Assembly (NCBI GenBank): GCA_963820735.1
Contig: CAWGBA010000008.1
Location: 5,326 to 69,325 of the forward strand
DNA length: 64,000 nt
Reading direction: 5' to 3'
Source: an uncultured Chloroflexia bacterium
GTDB taxonomy: Bacteria; Chloroflexota; Limnocylindria; Limnocylindrales; CSP1-4
Each line of letters opens with the position of its first letter. Within the stretch, counting starts at the first letter, position 1. The position numbers were made by a program, and so were the translations under genes. The notes under the pieces were generated by a model. It did not search any database. It was not told where the DNA came from and worked only from the letters and a program-made list of their open reading frames with translations. Below are positions 48,826-59,544 of this stretch, piece after piece.

Positions 48826-50214
48826 TCAGCCCTTCGCGCCCCCGGTGAAGTTCCAGCTGGCCAGGTGCAGCGAGGGAACGAGGTAGGCCGACTCCCAGCC
48901 ATCGCGGATGAGGGCTCGCTCGCGCGATGCGCCGCGGATGGCGCCGGGTGCCAGCGCCTCGACGTACGACTGGGTGAAGCGCAGGTTCGTGATCGGACGA
49001 GTCACCCGTCCGTTCTCGATCAGCCAGACCCCGTTGCGGGTGAGGCCGGTCACGACCTGCGTGCGCGGATCCAGGATCCGCGTGTAGTGGAAGTCGGTGA
49101 CGAGCACACCGCGGTCGACGTTGGCAACGAGGTCACCGTCCGTGGCCACCTGGCTCTCGAGAATGAGATTGCCGCCCACGACGCCCCAGGCCGCGCCCCC
49201 TTCGACGGCGTGGCCAGTGCTTTCCGTGCCCATCCGTTTCGCGGAGCGGCGCGTGTGGAGGAACCCGATGGTCGTGCCGTTCCGCACGAGGTCCCGCGGC
49301 TGCTTGGGCGTTCCTTCAATGTCGAACGGGATCCCCACGGTCGACGGGTCGGTCACGTCGTCGCGAAGGCTGATCGAAGGATCGAACTGGGCCTCGCCCA
49401 CTTTCGCGAACGACCGGCCTTCCTCAACGGCCTTGCCACTGAACCCGTACGTCGCCAGGAACGAGAGCATGTCGGCCACGCATGCGGGTTCGAGAACGAC
49501 CTCGTAGCGGCCGGGCTCGAGATCGGTTGCGTCGCTGGCAGTGCGAGCCTTGGTCGCCGCTCGAGCTCCGATCTCTGCGCCGTCGAGTATCGAGACGGCC
49601 ACCGAGGCTCGCCTCGCGCTGCCGTCCGCCGTCGGCGTTCGACAAATGCCGTCGAGCTCGGCCACGGTTGCCCGGCCGACCAGGCGCTGTCCGATGCTGT
49701 TCGCGAACGCGACGTGCTCTACCGCGGTCGAGCAGAAGCCGGCGCATTCCAGGCCTCCAGCCGCCCCAATGAAACCGGCGACCAGGCTTGCCCGCTCGTC
49801 AGGCGTCGCCGCGGCGGTCGCTCTGTCGTAGTGGTCTGCGTTGGGTGCGGCCTTTCTCGGCGCGAGCCCGGGCCAGTCCGGGTCGACGGGGAGGACTCGA
49901 GCGGCCTCCAGCACGCCCTGGATGATCGGGCCGAGGCTCTCGTCGTCCGCCGGGCCGTCGTACGCGGTGGTTGCGTTCCTGCCGTCCAGGGCAACACGGA
50001 GGAGCAGGTGGTTGACGTCGGAAGCCACGTTCTGATGGATGAAGCTGGTCGCGAAGCGCGTCAGCGACTCCTCGCCGCGGCGCACGGTCACTTCGACCTC
50101 GGCGTCGCCCGCACGAGCGCGAACCAGTCCGACGACATGGTCGGCGAGTTCTAGCGTGCGCTCCGCTGGCGTGCCGGGTTCCGGCCGGGTGTCGATGGTC
50201 GGCACGCTGATCAC
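48826..50214 (-). CDS. pmbA: PmbA/TldE-family protein
   Basis: LTRFATSFIHQN, LEPGRYEVVLEP, FDIEGTP, TGLTRNG; GTGA overlap with tldD. Confidence 0.85.
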   Translation of the reverse strand: MISVPTIDTRPEPGTPAERTLELADHVVGLVRARAGDAEVEVTVRRGEESLTRFATSFIHQNVASDVNHLLLRVALDGRNATTAYDGPADDESLGPIIQGVLEAARVLPVDPDWPGLAPRKAAPNADHYDRATAAATPDERASLVAGFIGAAGGLECAGFCSTAVEHVAFANSIGQRLVGRATVAELDGICRTPTADGSARRASVAVSILDGAEIGARAATKARTASDATDLEPGRYEVVLEPACVADMLSFLATYGFSGKAVEEGRSFAKVGEAQFDPSISLRDDVTDPSTVGIPFDIEGTPKQPRDLVRNGTTIGFLHTRRSAKRMGTESTGHAVEGGAAWGVVGGNLILESQVATDGDLVANVDRGVLVTDFHYTRILDPRTQVVTGLTRNGVWLIENGRVTRPITNLRFTQSYVEALAPGAIRGASRERALIRDGWESAYLVPSLHLASWNFTGGAKG

Positions 50215-51653
50215 CCCCTGACGCCGACGCGGATGCCACGGAAGCGGGCCGGCACCGCCGGATGTCCGGTGTGTCCGATCTGGATCGGCTGGCCCTTGCC
50301 GCAGTTTGGCGTGCCCCAGAAGGTCCACTCGTCGCGACCTCCGAGCATGTCCATGGATCCCCAGAAACGCGGACTGATTGCCGTGTAGGTCGGGTTCTTG
50401 AGCAATCGCGTCCGCTTGCCGCCCTTGATCTCCCAGCCGATCTCGCAGCCGAACTGAAAATTCAGGCGCTTGTCATCGATTGACCACGAGCGGTTGGTGT
50501 CCATGAGGATGCCGTCGTCCGTGGCGCCGACGATCTCATCGAGGGAGCTGTCGCCCGGCAGCAGTCCAACGTTGGTCATGCGCACCATCGGAATGCGGTC
50601 GAAACCGTCGGCCCGGACGGCAGCCGCAGAACGGTCCATCCCCGCCAGCGCGGCAGAGTCCCGGCCGCTGAGCGCGCCGACCCAGATGCCGTTCTTGACG
50701 ATATCGACGCGATGTGCAGGCGTTCCCTCGTCGTCATAGCCAAAGCTGCCGAGTGCGCCGGGAAGCGTCGCATCGGCGGTGATGTTCATGAGTTCGGAGC
50801 CGAAGCGAAGCGAACCGATCTGCTTGAGGTCGAGCCACGACGTCCCCGCGAACGCCGCTTCCCAGCCCAGGATCCGGTCCAATTCGGTGGCATGGCCCAC
50901 CGACTCGTGGATCTGAAGCGCCATCTGCTCGCTGCCCAGGATCAGGTCCGTCGTATCGAGAGCGGGACATGAGTCGGCGCTCAAAAGCGCGCGCGCCTCC
51001 TCGGCGATGCGCGCCGCGTTTCCCGGAAGATCCAGCTCGCGAACGAGTTCCCACCCGCGCGTGCCGTATTGGCCGCGGATGCCGGGGTAGCTGCGGCGCT
51101 GCGTTTCCCCATCGCCAACCGCGGTCGCGTTCATCGCGGCGCCGCACTCGACGATGCGCTGGTCCACGCGCGTCCCCTCCGACGAGACGAGCCACTTGCG
51201 CGTGTCCCAGATGCGATGGCTGGCTTCCGCAACGTCTGCGCCGTGGAGGAGCATCTCCCGCGTCACACCCTGGAGCAGGTCGCCCTTCTCGGCGAGGCTC
51301 ACCGACCAGGGGTCCTCGCGAACCTCGCTCTCCCAGTGGCCGGTGACCGGTTGTTCGGGAGCCAGCCGCATTGCCGGACCAGGGGCGCGGGTCGAGGCTC
51401 GAGAGATCGCCGCGGCCTGCTCGCCGGCGCGCCGCGCGGCGACCGAGCTCACATCCGGAACGGCGAAGAAGCCCCAACTGCTGCCGATGAGCGCGCGAAC
51501 GCCCAACCCCGATCGCTCCTCGCGATCGAGCGCCTCGACGACGCCGTTATGTGCGCTCATGGCCTCGGTGCGGATCTCCATGACGCGCGCGTCGGCGTAG
51601 CTCGCTCCGGCGGCGAGCGCGGCTTCGACGGCTGCGGTGGCGATGTCCTCCAT
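50211..51653 (-). CDS. tldD: TldD-family metalloprotease
   Basis: GASYADAR, IHESVGHATELD (HExxxH), CGKGQP. Confidence 0.93.
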   Translation of the reverse strand: MEDIATAAVEAALAAGASYADARVMEIRTEAMSAHNGVVEALDREERSGLGVRALIGSSWGFFAVPDVSSVAARRAGEQAAAISRASTRAPGPAMRLAPEQPVTGHWESEVREDPWSVSLAEKGDLLQGVTREMLLHGADVAEASHRIWDTRKWLVSSEGTRVDQRIVECGAAMNATAVGDGETQRRSYPGIRGQYGTRGWELVRELDLPGNAARIAEEARALLSADSCPALDTTDLILGSEQMALQIHESVGHATELDRILGWEAAFAGTSWLDLKQIGSLRFGSELMNITADATLPGALGSFGYDDEGTPAHRVDIVKNGIWVGALSGRDSAALAGMDRSAAAVRADGFDRIPMVRMTNVGLLPGDSSLDEIVGATDDGILMDTNRSWSIDDKRLNFQFGCEIGWEIKGGKRTRLLKNPTYTAISPRFWGSMDMLGGRDEWTFWGTPNCGKGQPIQIGHTGHPAVPARFRGIRVGVRG

Positions 51654-51724
51654 GGAGAGAGCGTAAGCCCCTCGGTGAGGCGGCGACGCCCGAAGGCGCG
51701 CCGCCTCGTTCCGGGTCGGACTCG

Positions 51725-52840
51725 CTATTGCAGGGCGGAGAAGACCTTGGCCACCTGGTCCTCTGTCACGTCGGACAGGCTCCACAGGGTGTCGCCGGAG
51801 GCATACAGGTACGTGACCGTGCCATCCGCATCGGTTGAGATGGTCACGTTCTTTCCGCCCAGGTTGGTCTGGGTCATGGTCGGCGCCGCGCTGGGAGCCG
51901 GCTGTCCCAAGGCAACATCGAGCGCGGCGGCAAGCTCGTTGTAATTGGCAACGATCTCGTCCGCGTTTGCACCGGGAGCTCGGAAGGCAGACAGCCGCAC
52001 GTCCGAGCCGTCCACGGTCGCATCGGCCGTGCCGGCGCTCAACGTGGTGACGTCCATGCCGAACTGCGAGAAGACCTGGGTCAGGGCCTGGATCTGCTGG
52101 TCGGTTTCGCCTTCGAAGCGCAGAACGTCGATGAAGAGGAACGTCTGGACGTTGGTGACGGGTTGTCCGTCGATGGTCGCCGGGAACTTGGCCACGAGGT
52201 CGGCGTCGGGCGCAAAGCTGGGGATCTCGAAGCTCGGGATCGCAAAGCTCGGGATCTCGAAGCTGGGGATGGCGAAGCTGGGAAGCTCGAACGTCGGCTC
52301 GCCGGAACCGCCGGCGACCGGAAGGATCTCGATCTTGAGGTCAGTGCCACCCGGCGCCTGCGCCGCGGTGACGTGGACCGACCGATTGTCGAACGTCTGC
52401 GTTTGGTCCTGGTCCTGGTTCGCCGCCGTTCCGATGGCAGCGATGACATAGAACTCACTGGCCAGCGAGTACTTGGTCAGGAACATCACCAGGTTGCTGA
52501 GCTGCGAGCTGGAGTCCGCGGCCGTCGGGATCGTGACCGCGTAAGTGACCTGCGAAAGGGCGTCCTGGGGACCGATCGCCTCGGCGGTGGCCCCGTCGGT
52601 TGCGCTCGTGGCGACCCAGCGGGGAGTGCCATCGGGCAGCGGCGAGTCCGCGCCGGTGAACCCGAGTGGCTGGACCAATGCCTGGAAATCGGCCAGCGTG
52701 CCGAGATCGCCCACGGCCGGCGACGACGACTGTGCCCGTGCAGCCGGGGTGATCGTGGTCTGGCTGTAGACGACAGCAAGGGCCAGCGCCAACAGGCCCA
52801 GCCACGCGAAACGAGCGGAACGCTTCATCGGAATCGACAC
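51725..52840 (-). CDS. Secreted hypothetical protein with F[EA][LI]PS pentapeptide linker
   Basis: Signal peptide; central repeat. Confidence 0.75.
   Translation of the reverse strand: MSIPMKRSARFAWLGLLALALAVVYSQTTITPAARAQSSSPAVGDLGTLADFQALVQPLGFTGADSPLPDGTPRWVATSATDGATAEAIGPQDALSQVTYAVTIPTAADSSSQLSNLVMFLTKYSLASEFYVIAAIGTAANQDQDQTQTFDNRSVHVTAAQAPGGTDLKIEILPVAGGSGEPTFELPSFAIPSFEIPSFAIPSFEIPSFAPDADLVAKFPATIDGQPVTNVQTFLFIDVLRFEGETDQQIQALTQVFSQFGMDVTTLSAGTADATVDGSDVRLSAFRAPGANADEIVANYNELAAALDVALGQPAPSAAPTMTQTNLGGKNVTISTDADGTVTYLYASGDTLWSLSDVTEDQVAKVFSALQ
52211..52291. repeat. 15-bp imperfect tandem repeat (about 5 units)
   Basis: Encodes FELPSFAIPSFEIPSFAIPSFEIPSFA. Confidence 0.85.
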
Positions 52841-52955
52841 CTCATCCCTTCCTTATCGAGGCACGAGTGTATCGAGTCGGCCGGATTGAGGCCCTTCGCA
52901 GTGTGGGCGAGCGTCCGCGTCCCGTCACTCGAAGCCTTCGCAACCGCGGGCCTTC

Positions 52956-53543
52956 TTATGGCCCAGGCGCGACCGACCGTGCCGCGTCGCGTCCGGCTTC
53001 GCCCGGCCCTTCGAACACGCGCCGGTGCGTCAAGGGGATGAACCAACGGTCGAGGCCGATCCAGCCCGCGTTGCGCCATGCGACGACGAGGAAGAGGCCC
53101 AGCACGATCAGCACGGGATTGGAACCGAGCACGCCGGAGAGCACGTAGTTCGCGCTCATGAACACCATGAAGAAAGCGGCGATCCCGGTGAGCAAACCGA
53201 CCAGCAGGCCGACTCCGACCGCGAACTCTCCCAACGCCACCAAGGTCGCGAAGATGCTCGCGTTGGGAACAACGAAGTTCTGCAGGAACGACGCGTACCA
53301 GGTCGGCGTGCCGGGGTCGGAGATGGCGCCGTTGAGCAGTCCCATGATCGGCGATCCGTCACCGAAGAGCCACTTCCCGCTGGTGATCTTCTCCCACCCG
53401 GCGGGCAGATAGACGGACACGATGTAGAGCCGAACGATCAACCACAGCCAGGCCGCTGTCGTGCTGGCGAACAGAAACCGAGCCCAGCGTGGCTCTCGAA
53501 ACTCTTCTGGGCGCATCGACGGGTGGATCAGTCGATCGAGCAT
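52956..53543 (-). CDS. DoxX/DoxD-family membrane protein
   Basis: LIVRLY...GWEKI, GEFAVGVGLLVGLLT, AGWIGLDRW. Confidence 0.88.
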   Translation of the reverse strand: MLDRLIHPSMRPEEFREPRWARFLFASTTAAWLWLIVRLYIVSVYLPAGWEKITSGKWLFGDGSPIMGLLNGAISDPGTPTWYASFLQNFVVPNASIFATLVALGEFAVGVGLLVGLLTGIAAFFMVFMSANYVLSGVLGSNPVLIVLGLFLVVAWRNAGWIGLDRWFIPLTHRRVFEGPGEAGRDAARSVAPGP

Positions 53544-53673
53544 CGGTGTCTCCTGCGTGGTCGGATCATGAACCTCCCTGGTGCGGCGCAAACGCGCAAT
53601 TCGGTCGCCAGTTGGGTGCCGAATGGGTTCCCGTTGAACCGCCAATTCCGTCATCCGCCGCCATTGTCACTGG

Positions 53674-53697
53674 CGCTGGTGCGAGAACGCACCAGCG
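53674..53697. terminator. 10-bp hairpin after the Psp/Lia-like operon
   Basis: CGCTGGTGCG-AGAA-CGCACCAGCG. Confidence 0.5.
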
Positions 53698-53858
53698 GAG
53701 TTGGGGTCCGGTGCGGTGAAGCGCGGTCTGTCGTCGTACCAACGACTACCCGAGTGGGCTATGTCCCCAGTACCCAATCGCTACTAACGTTCCACAAGTC
53801 GGTCAAGCGCACTCGATGACGCTGCGGGCAGGCTGTCGAAGCGGTCAGCCAGCCACAC

Positions 53859-54895
53859 TCACGAAACGCGAAGCGAACTGATCGCTCCCTGCAGATCGAT
53901 CTCGACCCGGTTCGGGTTGGTCGTTACGTCCACGGTCTCGTAGCCGTTGACGGTCGGCCGGAACCGGGTCGCGTCGACACTCACGGCAACGAGCGCCACC
54001 TTGGTGCGGACGCTTGCCGCGACGGACCGAGGAACCACGAGCGAGATCCTGGCGGCACCGGCCTCGATGCGAACGCGCGTCAGACCGGTCGTCGGGAGTG
54101 CGATCTGCGTGTCGTTCGCTCCGGCGTGCAGCTCGAGGGATGGCACCAGCATCGGTCCGAGGTCGATGTCCGAGCGACTGGCCCCGGCGTCGATCCGCAG
54201 GTTGATGGGATAGCCGAGCGCAAGGCCGAGCGTCCAGTCAATCGAACGGTCCATCCAGAGCGGCCAGCCATTCTCGTGCGCTGGGTTGAGCTCGACGGTA
54301 TTGGGCGGCGTGGTTCGAACGACCACGCCCCCAACGCAGTCACCCACGACCAGCATGCCCGGCGGTCCTGGCCGGATCGTGAGAGTGCCCGCTCCGTGCT
54401 TGACGACGATTCGAGCGTCCGGTGTGCCGGGCGGCAGTGGGACGGCGACGTGCTCGACGGGCTCGGCCTGTCCGGGGAGGACCGCCGCAACCAGCAACCA
54501 CGCGCCAAAGGCGACGGCGACCACCGGCCACCACGATGCGACCAACTCGAGCGTGCCCGTGGCGACGCTCCCGGTCGTCGTTGCCAGCAGGGCGACCCCC
54601 ACGAGCAGCCACGCGACCGACCATCCGACTGACCACGCCGTGACGGGACCATGCCGGATGCCGGACACCTGCGCGATCAGGCCCTCGACCCCGACGAGGA
54701 TGACGAACAGCGGCCACGCCTCCGTCCACGACCATCCGGTGAGCTCGCGTGCGAGGAGGACCGTCCCGAGCCCGATCAGCCAGGCGGCCGCAACCGCGAA
54801 GGCCCGGCTCTGACGGCGACGACGATCTGAGAACTGCGGCCAGTCGACCTGGCCGAACGTCTGTGGCGCGGTGGCGCGGGTGGCGCGCCGTTCAC
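53859..54895 (-). CDS. LiaF/DUF2154-like membrane protein; probable start GTG 54895 with a 1-nt deletion ~54870
   Basis: Frame open upstream of 54668 (AAWLIGLGTV...AWPLFVILVG); C-terminal GA(S/N/A) beta-solenoid repeats. Confidence 0.7.
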
Positions 54896-55461
54896 GGGTG
54901 CATCCCGGAACCCGCAGAGCCGCGCCCGACCGCGGCGACCAGGAACGCGACGCCCGCGCCGACGATGAACAGTGGCCAGACCATGTCGAAGTTGAGGCTC
55001 GGATAGAACTGCTCGAGCAGCAACCAGATGCCGATCAGGACCAGGAACGAGCCGACCACCAGGCCGCCGACGCCGGGCGTTTGATCTCGCTGGCCGTGCA
55101 TCCTCCGTGGCATGGGTCGCGATACGGGCTGGGCGGGCGGGATCGGCACGAACGCTGGTGGTGCGAGAGGAGGGGTCGTCACATCAGGCGGCGGCATCGG
55201 TGCCACCGGTGGCTGCGCCGAAAGGGGCGGTGGCGGTGGGTACGGGGCGCTCGGCTGCTGCCAGGACGTCCAATCGGGCTCCTCGGGCACCACCAGCGCC
55301 ATCACGACATAGACACCGAGTGCCAGGAAGCCGGTGAACGGCATGAGCAGCACCCAGACGATCCTGATCAGGGAAGGGTCGGCGTCGAGGCGCTCGGCCA
55401 GTCCGCCGGCCACTCCGGCAAGGACGCGGTCGTGCCGCGATCGATAGAGCCGCTCGTTCAT
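54892..55461 (-). CDS. pspC: PspC-domain protein with Pro-rich linker and C-terminal TM hairpin
   Basis: RLYRSRHDRVLAGVAGGLAERLDADPSLIRI...YVVMALVVPEE. Confidence 0.92.
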   Translation of the reverse strand: MNERLYRSRHDRVLAGVAGGLAERLDADPSLIRIVWVLLMPFTGFLALGVYVVMALVVPEEPDWTSWQQPSAPYPPPPPLSAQPPVAPMPPPDVTTPPLAPPAFVPIPPAQPVSRPMPRRMHGQRDQTPGVGGLVVGSFLVLIGIWLLLEQFYPSLNFDMVWPLFIVGAGVAFLVAAVGRGSAGSGMHP

Positions 55462-56408
55462 TGACAGCCTCCAGCGGGGTTCAGCGTGAAGCTCGCGGCG
55501 TTGCCCTGGACCGACAAGGTGATGGACGGACCGCCGGTCGCGGGCCGCGTCCACGTCGAGCCGTTGTGAGTCAGGCCGTTGTTGCCCAGGTCGGTTGCGA
55601 ACGTGAACTGCTCCTTCACGCTCAAGGTCAGGCCGGCGTTGGCGGGCACGCACAGGTCGATCGCGCCGGCATTCACCTGCAACTGGCCATCGGACACGGG
55701 CGCGTCGAGCGTGACCCGGCCGCGACCGGCATTGACCTGCAGGTCCAGCGTCTGGATGCTGCCGGCCTCGGCGAGGACCGTGATGTCGGCGGCGTTGCCC
55801 TGGATGGACGCGTCGCCCAGATTCATGCCCGAGATGTCCACGCTGCCCGAGCCCGCGCCGACCTGGACGTCAACCGAATGAGTCGAGGAGACCGGCAGGA
55901 AGACTGCCCAGTCCTGTCGCTGGAACGGTCCGTCCTGCCCCTCGATGTCGAGGTTCGTGGGACCGGACGAGATGTTGGGTGCAGGGCCGTGGTACTGCGC
56001 TGTCAGCGTCCACGAGGTGGCGCTGGTCGGACGGACGGTCACGTCTCCACAGCTGTGCCGCAGCTCGACCGCGGCGCCGGACGTGAAGGTCCCGGACCGT
56101 GACAACGCTTGCAGGTCCGAGCGCGGCCCGGCGCAGCCGATGCCACCAAAGAGGGCGCCGCCACCCGATGCCAGCGCCGTGCCGACGAGCCCTCCCAGCA
56201 GCATCCCCGCAAGCACCACCGCCGCGGCATTGAGCCGACTCCGCGCGAAGAGGATGGCGAGGCCGAGCACGATCAGGATCACTGGCCCCCACGACCACGA
56301 ACCGTCGATGCCGGTGATGTCGATCCCCGACCAGCGAACGAACAACGGAATTCCGCCGAGGAGGACCAGAAAGCTGCCCCAGAACAGGTAGCCCCGACGA
56401 ACTCGCAT
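55458..56408 (-). CDS. LiaI/LiaF-like (DUF5668/DUF2154) membrane protein
   Basis: LFWGSFLVLLG...WGPVILIVLG; GAG/NAG beta-solenoid repeats. Confidence 0.75.
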   Translation of the reverse strand: MRVRRGYLFWGSFLVLLGGIPLFVRWSGIDITGIDGSWSWGPVILIVLGLAILFARSRLNAAAVVLAGMLLGGLVGTALASGGGALFGGIGCAGPRSDLQALSRSGTFTSGAAVELRHSCGDVTVRPTSATSWTLTAQYHGPAPNISSGPTNLDIEGQDGPFQRQDWAVFLPVSSTHSVDVQVGAGSGSVDISGMNLGDASIQGNAADITVLAEAGSIQTLDLQVNAGRGRVTLDAPVSDGQLQVNAGAIDLCVPANAGLTLSVKEQFTFATDLGNNGLTHNGSTWTRPATGGPSITLSVQGNAASFTLNPAGGCQ

Positions 56409-56533
56409 AGAGGTCAGTCTGGAGTCGTCGGGGGCAGCCGGACACGTCCGTCCAGCCCCTTGGGCGTACGTCCGGATGTCACGCCGGCCTCGTTCGGGCC
56501 GAGTCCGGCATCCTCGGGCAAGATGGGCTGCAG

Positions 56534-58243
56534 ATGCTCGAAAGTCCATGGGGGTCCGCGCCCCCGACGCCACCACCTTCCCCGCGTCGAGGGCAACGCA
56601 CCGAGCTGATCGCTGGAATCCTGGTGCTCGCACTCATCGTCGGTGCGACCGGCGCCATCCTGTGGTCGTCCGGGAACGACCAGCGCCCCAACCATGTCGA
56701 GCCGACGCGTGCCCCACTTCGGACACCGTCCGGCAACTCCGGGCCGGCACCGACGTTGTCCGGCCAGTCGGCTGGCTCTGCGGTCATCGCAGGGTCGGCG
56801 CCCGTGAGCTGGGACCCGGCCGCCATCGGCGATGCCGGCTCTGCGAGCCTGCTGGCCCAGGTGTACGAGTCGCTCACGGCCCTCGACGCGCAGAACCGCG
56901 TCCAGCCGGCGTTGGCGAAGTCGTGGACCATCGCCAACGGCGGGACCTCGATCACGTTCCAGCTCCGTCCGGACGTCGCGTTCAGTGACGGCACGCCGAT
57001 CACGGCCGACGACGTGCGCCGGAGCTGGTTGCACGTTCTGGATCCCAGCCGGCCGAGCCCATTGGCCGACCTGCTCGCGGACGTGGTCGGCGCGAGCGAC
57101 TATGCGTCGGGTCGTGGGTCCGCGGACGGCGTCGGGATCGATGCCAGCGGCGACTCCATCACGGTCCACTTCCGCCGACCTGCGGCCTACTTCATCTCGA
57201 CCGTCTCATCCCCGACGCTGGCAATCGTCCCGCCACTGCCGGACGACGCTGAGGGACCCGTGCTTCCGCAGGCCCTGGTCGGCTCGGGCGCGTACGTGCC
57301 CACGTCCGAGTCCGGCTCGGCCATCCAGCTGACCGCCAACCCGCACTACTGGGCCGGGCCACCACCGATCCAGGACATCACCGTGGCGACCTCGTTCGAC
57401 GGCAACAGCCCGGTCGACGCGTTCCAGGCGCATTCGGTCGACTACACACCCATCTCGCGCGACGACGCCTCGTGGATCCGCTACGACGGCAGCCTTGGCC
57501 CTCAGCTTCGACAGACCGAGGACCTCTCGGTCCTGTACTACGGATTCACGACCACGACGCCGCCGTTCGACAACGCCGACGTGCGACGTGCCTTCGCGGA
57601 GGCGGTCGACTGGGACCGCATCGTCACGCTCGACGACCCGACAGCGACACCGGCGACCTCGCTGATCCCGGCGGGAATCGAGGGGAGGGGAACGACCGAC
57701 TACTCGCCGCCATACGACATCGCGGGCGCGAAGGCAGCCCTGGCAAAGGCGGGCTATCCGAATGCGTCGGGGTTCCCACAGGTCACGCTGGTCAGCCAGG
57801 GCGGCGGGTTCGAGGAGGCGGTGGCCGACGAGCTCCAGCAGAACCTTGGTGTCAAGGTGAGCATCGAGGTCATGTCGTTCGACGGGTACGCGGACCGTCT
57901 CAGCTCGGGTGATCCAACCATCTGGACCATCGATTGGGTCGCAGACTATCCCCAACCCGAGGACTTCCTCGGGCTACTGCTGGGATCGGGCAGCCGCAGC
58001 AACGTGGGCGGGTGGAGCGATCCGGCGTTCGACGCGGCGTTGGACCGTGCCGCGTCCACCGCCGATCCGGCTGCGCAGCAGCGGGCGTACGGCGACGCGC
58101 AGGCGATCGTGGCGGATCAGGTTCCCGTGGTGCCTGTTGAATACGGGGAGGATTGGGCGCTCAGCCGTGACGGACTGCTCGGCGCGCAGGAGAACGGCGA
58201 AGGCTTCGTCCGTTTTGCGGGCCTCGCGTGGGCGAGCCGGTGA
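56534..58243 (+). CDS. ABC peptide substrate-binding protein (family 5, OppA-like)
   Basis: VQPALAKSW, FSDGTPITADDV, GSGAY, ANPHYW, VRRAF. Confidence 0.92.
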   Translation: MLESPWGSAPPTPPPSPRRGQRTELIAGILVLALIVGATGAILWSSGNDQRPNHVEPTRAPLRTPSGNSGPAPTLSGQSAGSAVIAGSAPVSWDPAAIGDAGSASLLAQVYESLTALDAQNRVQPALAKSWTIANGGTSITFQLRPDVAFSDGTPITADDVRRSWLHVLDPSRPSPLADLLADVVGASDYASGRGSADGVGIDASGDSITVHFRRPAAYFISTVSSPTLAIVPPLPDDAEGPVLPQALVGSGAYVPTSESGSAIQLTANPHYWAGPPPIQDITVATSFDGNSPVDAFQAHSVDYTPISRDDASWIRYDGSLGPQLRQTEDLSVLYYGFTTTTPPFDNADVRRAFAEAVDWDRIVTLDDPTATPATSLIPAGIEGRGTTDYSPPYDIAGAKAALAKAGYPNASGFPQVTLVSQGGGFEEAVADELQQNLGVKVSIEVMSFDGYADRLSSGDPTIWTIDWVADYPQPEDFLGLLLGSGSRSNVGGWSDPAFDAALDRAASTADPAAQQRAYGDAQAIVADQVPVVPVEYGEDWALSRDGLLGAQENGEGFVRFAGLAWASR

Positions 58244-59418
58244 GCACGTGCATGCGACGGCAGCGGGTCTTCGTTTCGATTGCCGCGCTCCTGACGTTGA
58301 TTTGCCTCGTCGCCGGCGTCGGAGCCGAGTCGCGCGCGGCGTCACCGAACGGCACGGTCGTCTTCGACGCCCCGACCGCCAGTGCTGCCCTTGGCTCGGC
58401 ACTCCAGATCACGCAGACCTTTCACTCGCCCGCGTCGCCGACCCGAGTTGATCTGCTCAGCCACTTGCCGACCGATCCGATCCTGTCGGTCAGCACGGCC
58501 CTGGTTGCCAACGTCAATGGCGATCTCTACTCGGCGACGATCAACGATCCGTCGTTCGAGATGCCCAACACCACGTTCCTGTATCGCTTTCGGGTCACGC
58601 TGCCCGATGCCTCGGTCCAGCTGAGCCCGGAATCCTCGGTCACGGTCCAGGACACGCGTTTCACCTGGCAGACCCTCGAGGGCCAGATCGTCCGGCTGCA
58701 CTGGTACGACGGCGACCAGTCGTTCGCGCAGCACGCCGTCGACATCGGCGACAAGGCGATCGAGCAGGCAGAGCAGCTGCTCGGCGTGCAGGAGACCGAG
58801 AAGGTCGATTTCTTCATCTACGACAGCGAAGGACCGTTCCGCGATGCGCTCGGGCCGGGCACACGCGAGAACGTCGGCGGAACCGCCGTTTCATCCATCC
58901 GGACACTCTTCGGGCTGATCGAGCCGGGTGACATCAACTCCGATTGGGTGCGCATCCTGGTCACGCACGAGCTGACCCATCTCGTCTTCAACACGGCCGT
59001 CGACAACCCGTACCACCTGCCTCCGCGGTGGCTCAACGAAGGGCTCGCCGTGTACCTCTCCGAGGGCAACGACCAGTCGGAACGGGAGCAGATGAGCAGT
59101 GCCATCGACGGCGGCCAGGTCATTCCGCTGCAGGGGCTCGGCGGCCTCTTCCCCACCGGCGACGGCTTCGCGCTCGCCTACGCGGAGTCGGTCTCGGCTG
59201 TCTCCTATTTCGTGGACACCTTCGGAAAGGACGCGCTGGTCAAGCTCATTCGCAGCTACGCGGACGGCGTGACGGACGATCAGGCGTTCATTGCGGCGAC
59301 CGGCAAGGACCTCGGCACGTTCGACGATGGCTGGCTCGCGTCGCTGGGAACGACCGCTCCGCAGCCCATCGGGCCACAGCCGGCGCCACCCGGCCCGGTG
59401 CCACCGGACTGGCAGTAG
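58228..59418 (+). CDS. Peptidase MA-family metalloprotease
   Basis: LVTHELTH, PRWLNEGLAVY. Confidence 0.88.
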   Translation: MGEPVSTCMRRQRVFVSIAALLTLICLVAGVGAESRAASPNGTVVFDAPTASAALGSALQITQTFHSPASPTRVDLLSHLPTDPILSVSTALVANVNGDLYSATINDPSFEMPNTTFLYRFRVTLPDASVQLSPESSVTVQDTRFTWQTLEGQIVRLHWYDGDQSFAQHAVDIGDKAIEQAEQLLGVQETEKVDFFIYDSEGPFRDALGPGTRENVGGTAVSSIRTLFGLIEPGDINSDWVRILVTHELTHLVFNTAVDNPYHLPPRWLNEGLAVYLSEGNDQSEREQMSSAIDGGQVIPLQGLGGLFPTGDGFALAYAESVSAVSYFVDTFGKDALVKLIRSYADGVTDDQAFIAATGKDLGTFDDGWLASLGTTAPQPIGPQPAPPGPVPPDWQ

Positions 59419-59544
59419 CCCCGGTCGGACGACGGCGTTGCTCTGCTACGCTGACTCGCCGATGGACGCCGACTCCGCACCTGCCCGGAGCATCCGGGCG
59501 TCGATCCACTGAACCCCGCGACCCTGCCGCCAGGCGACGGTGCG

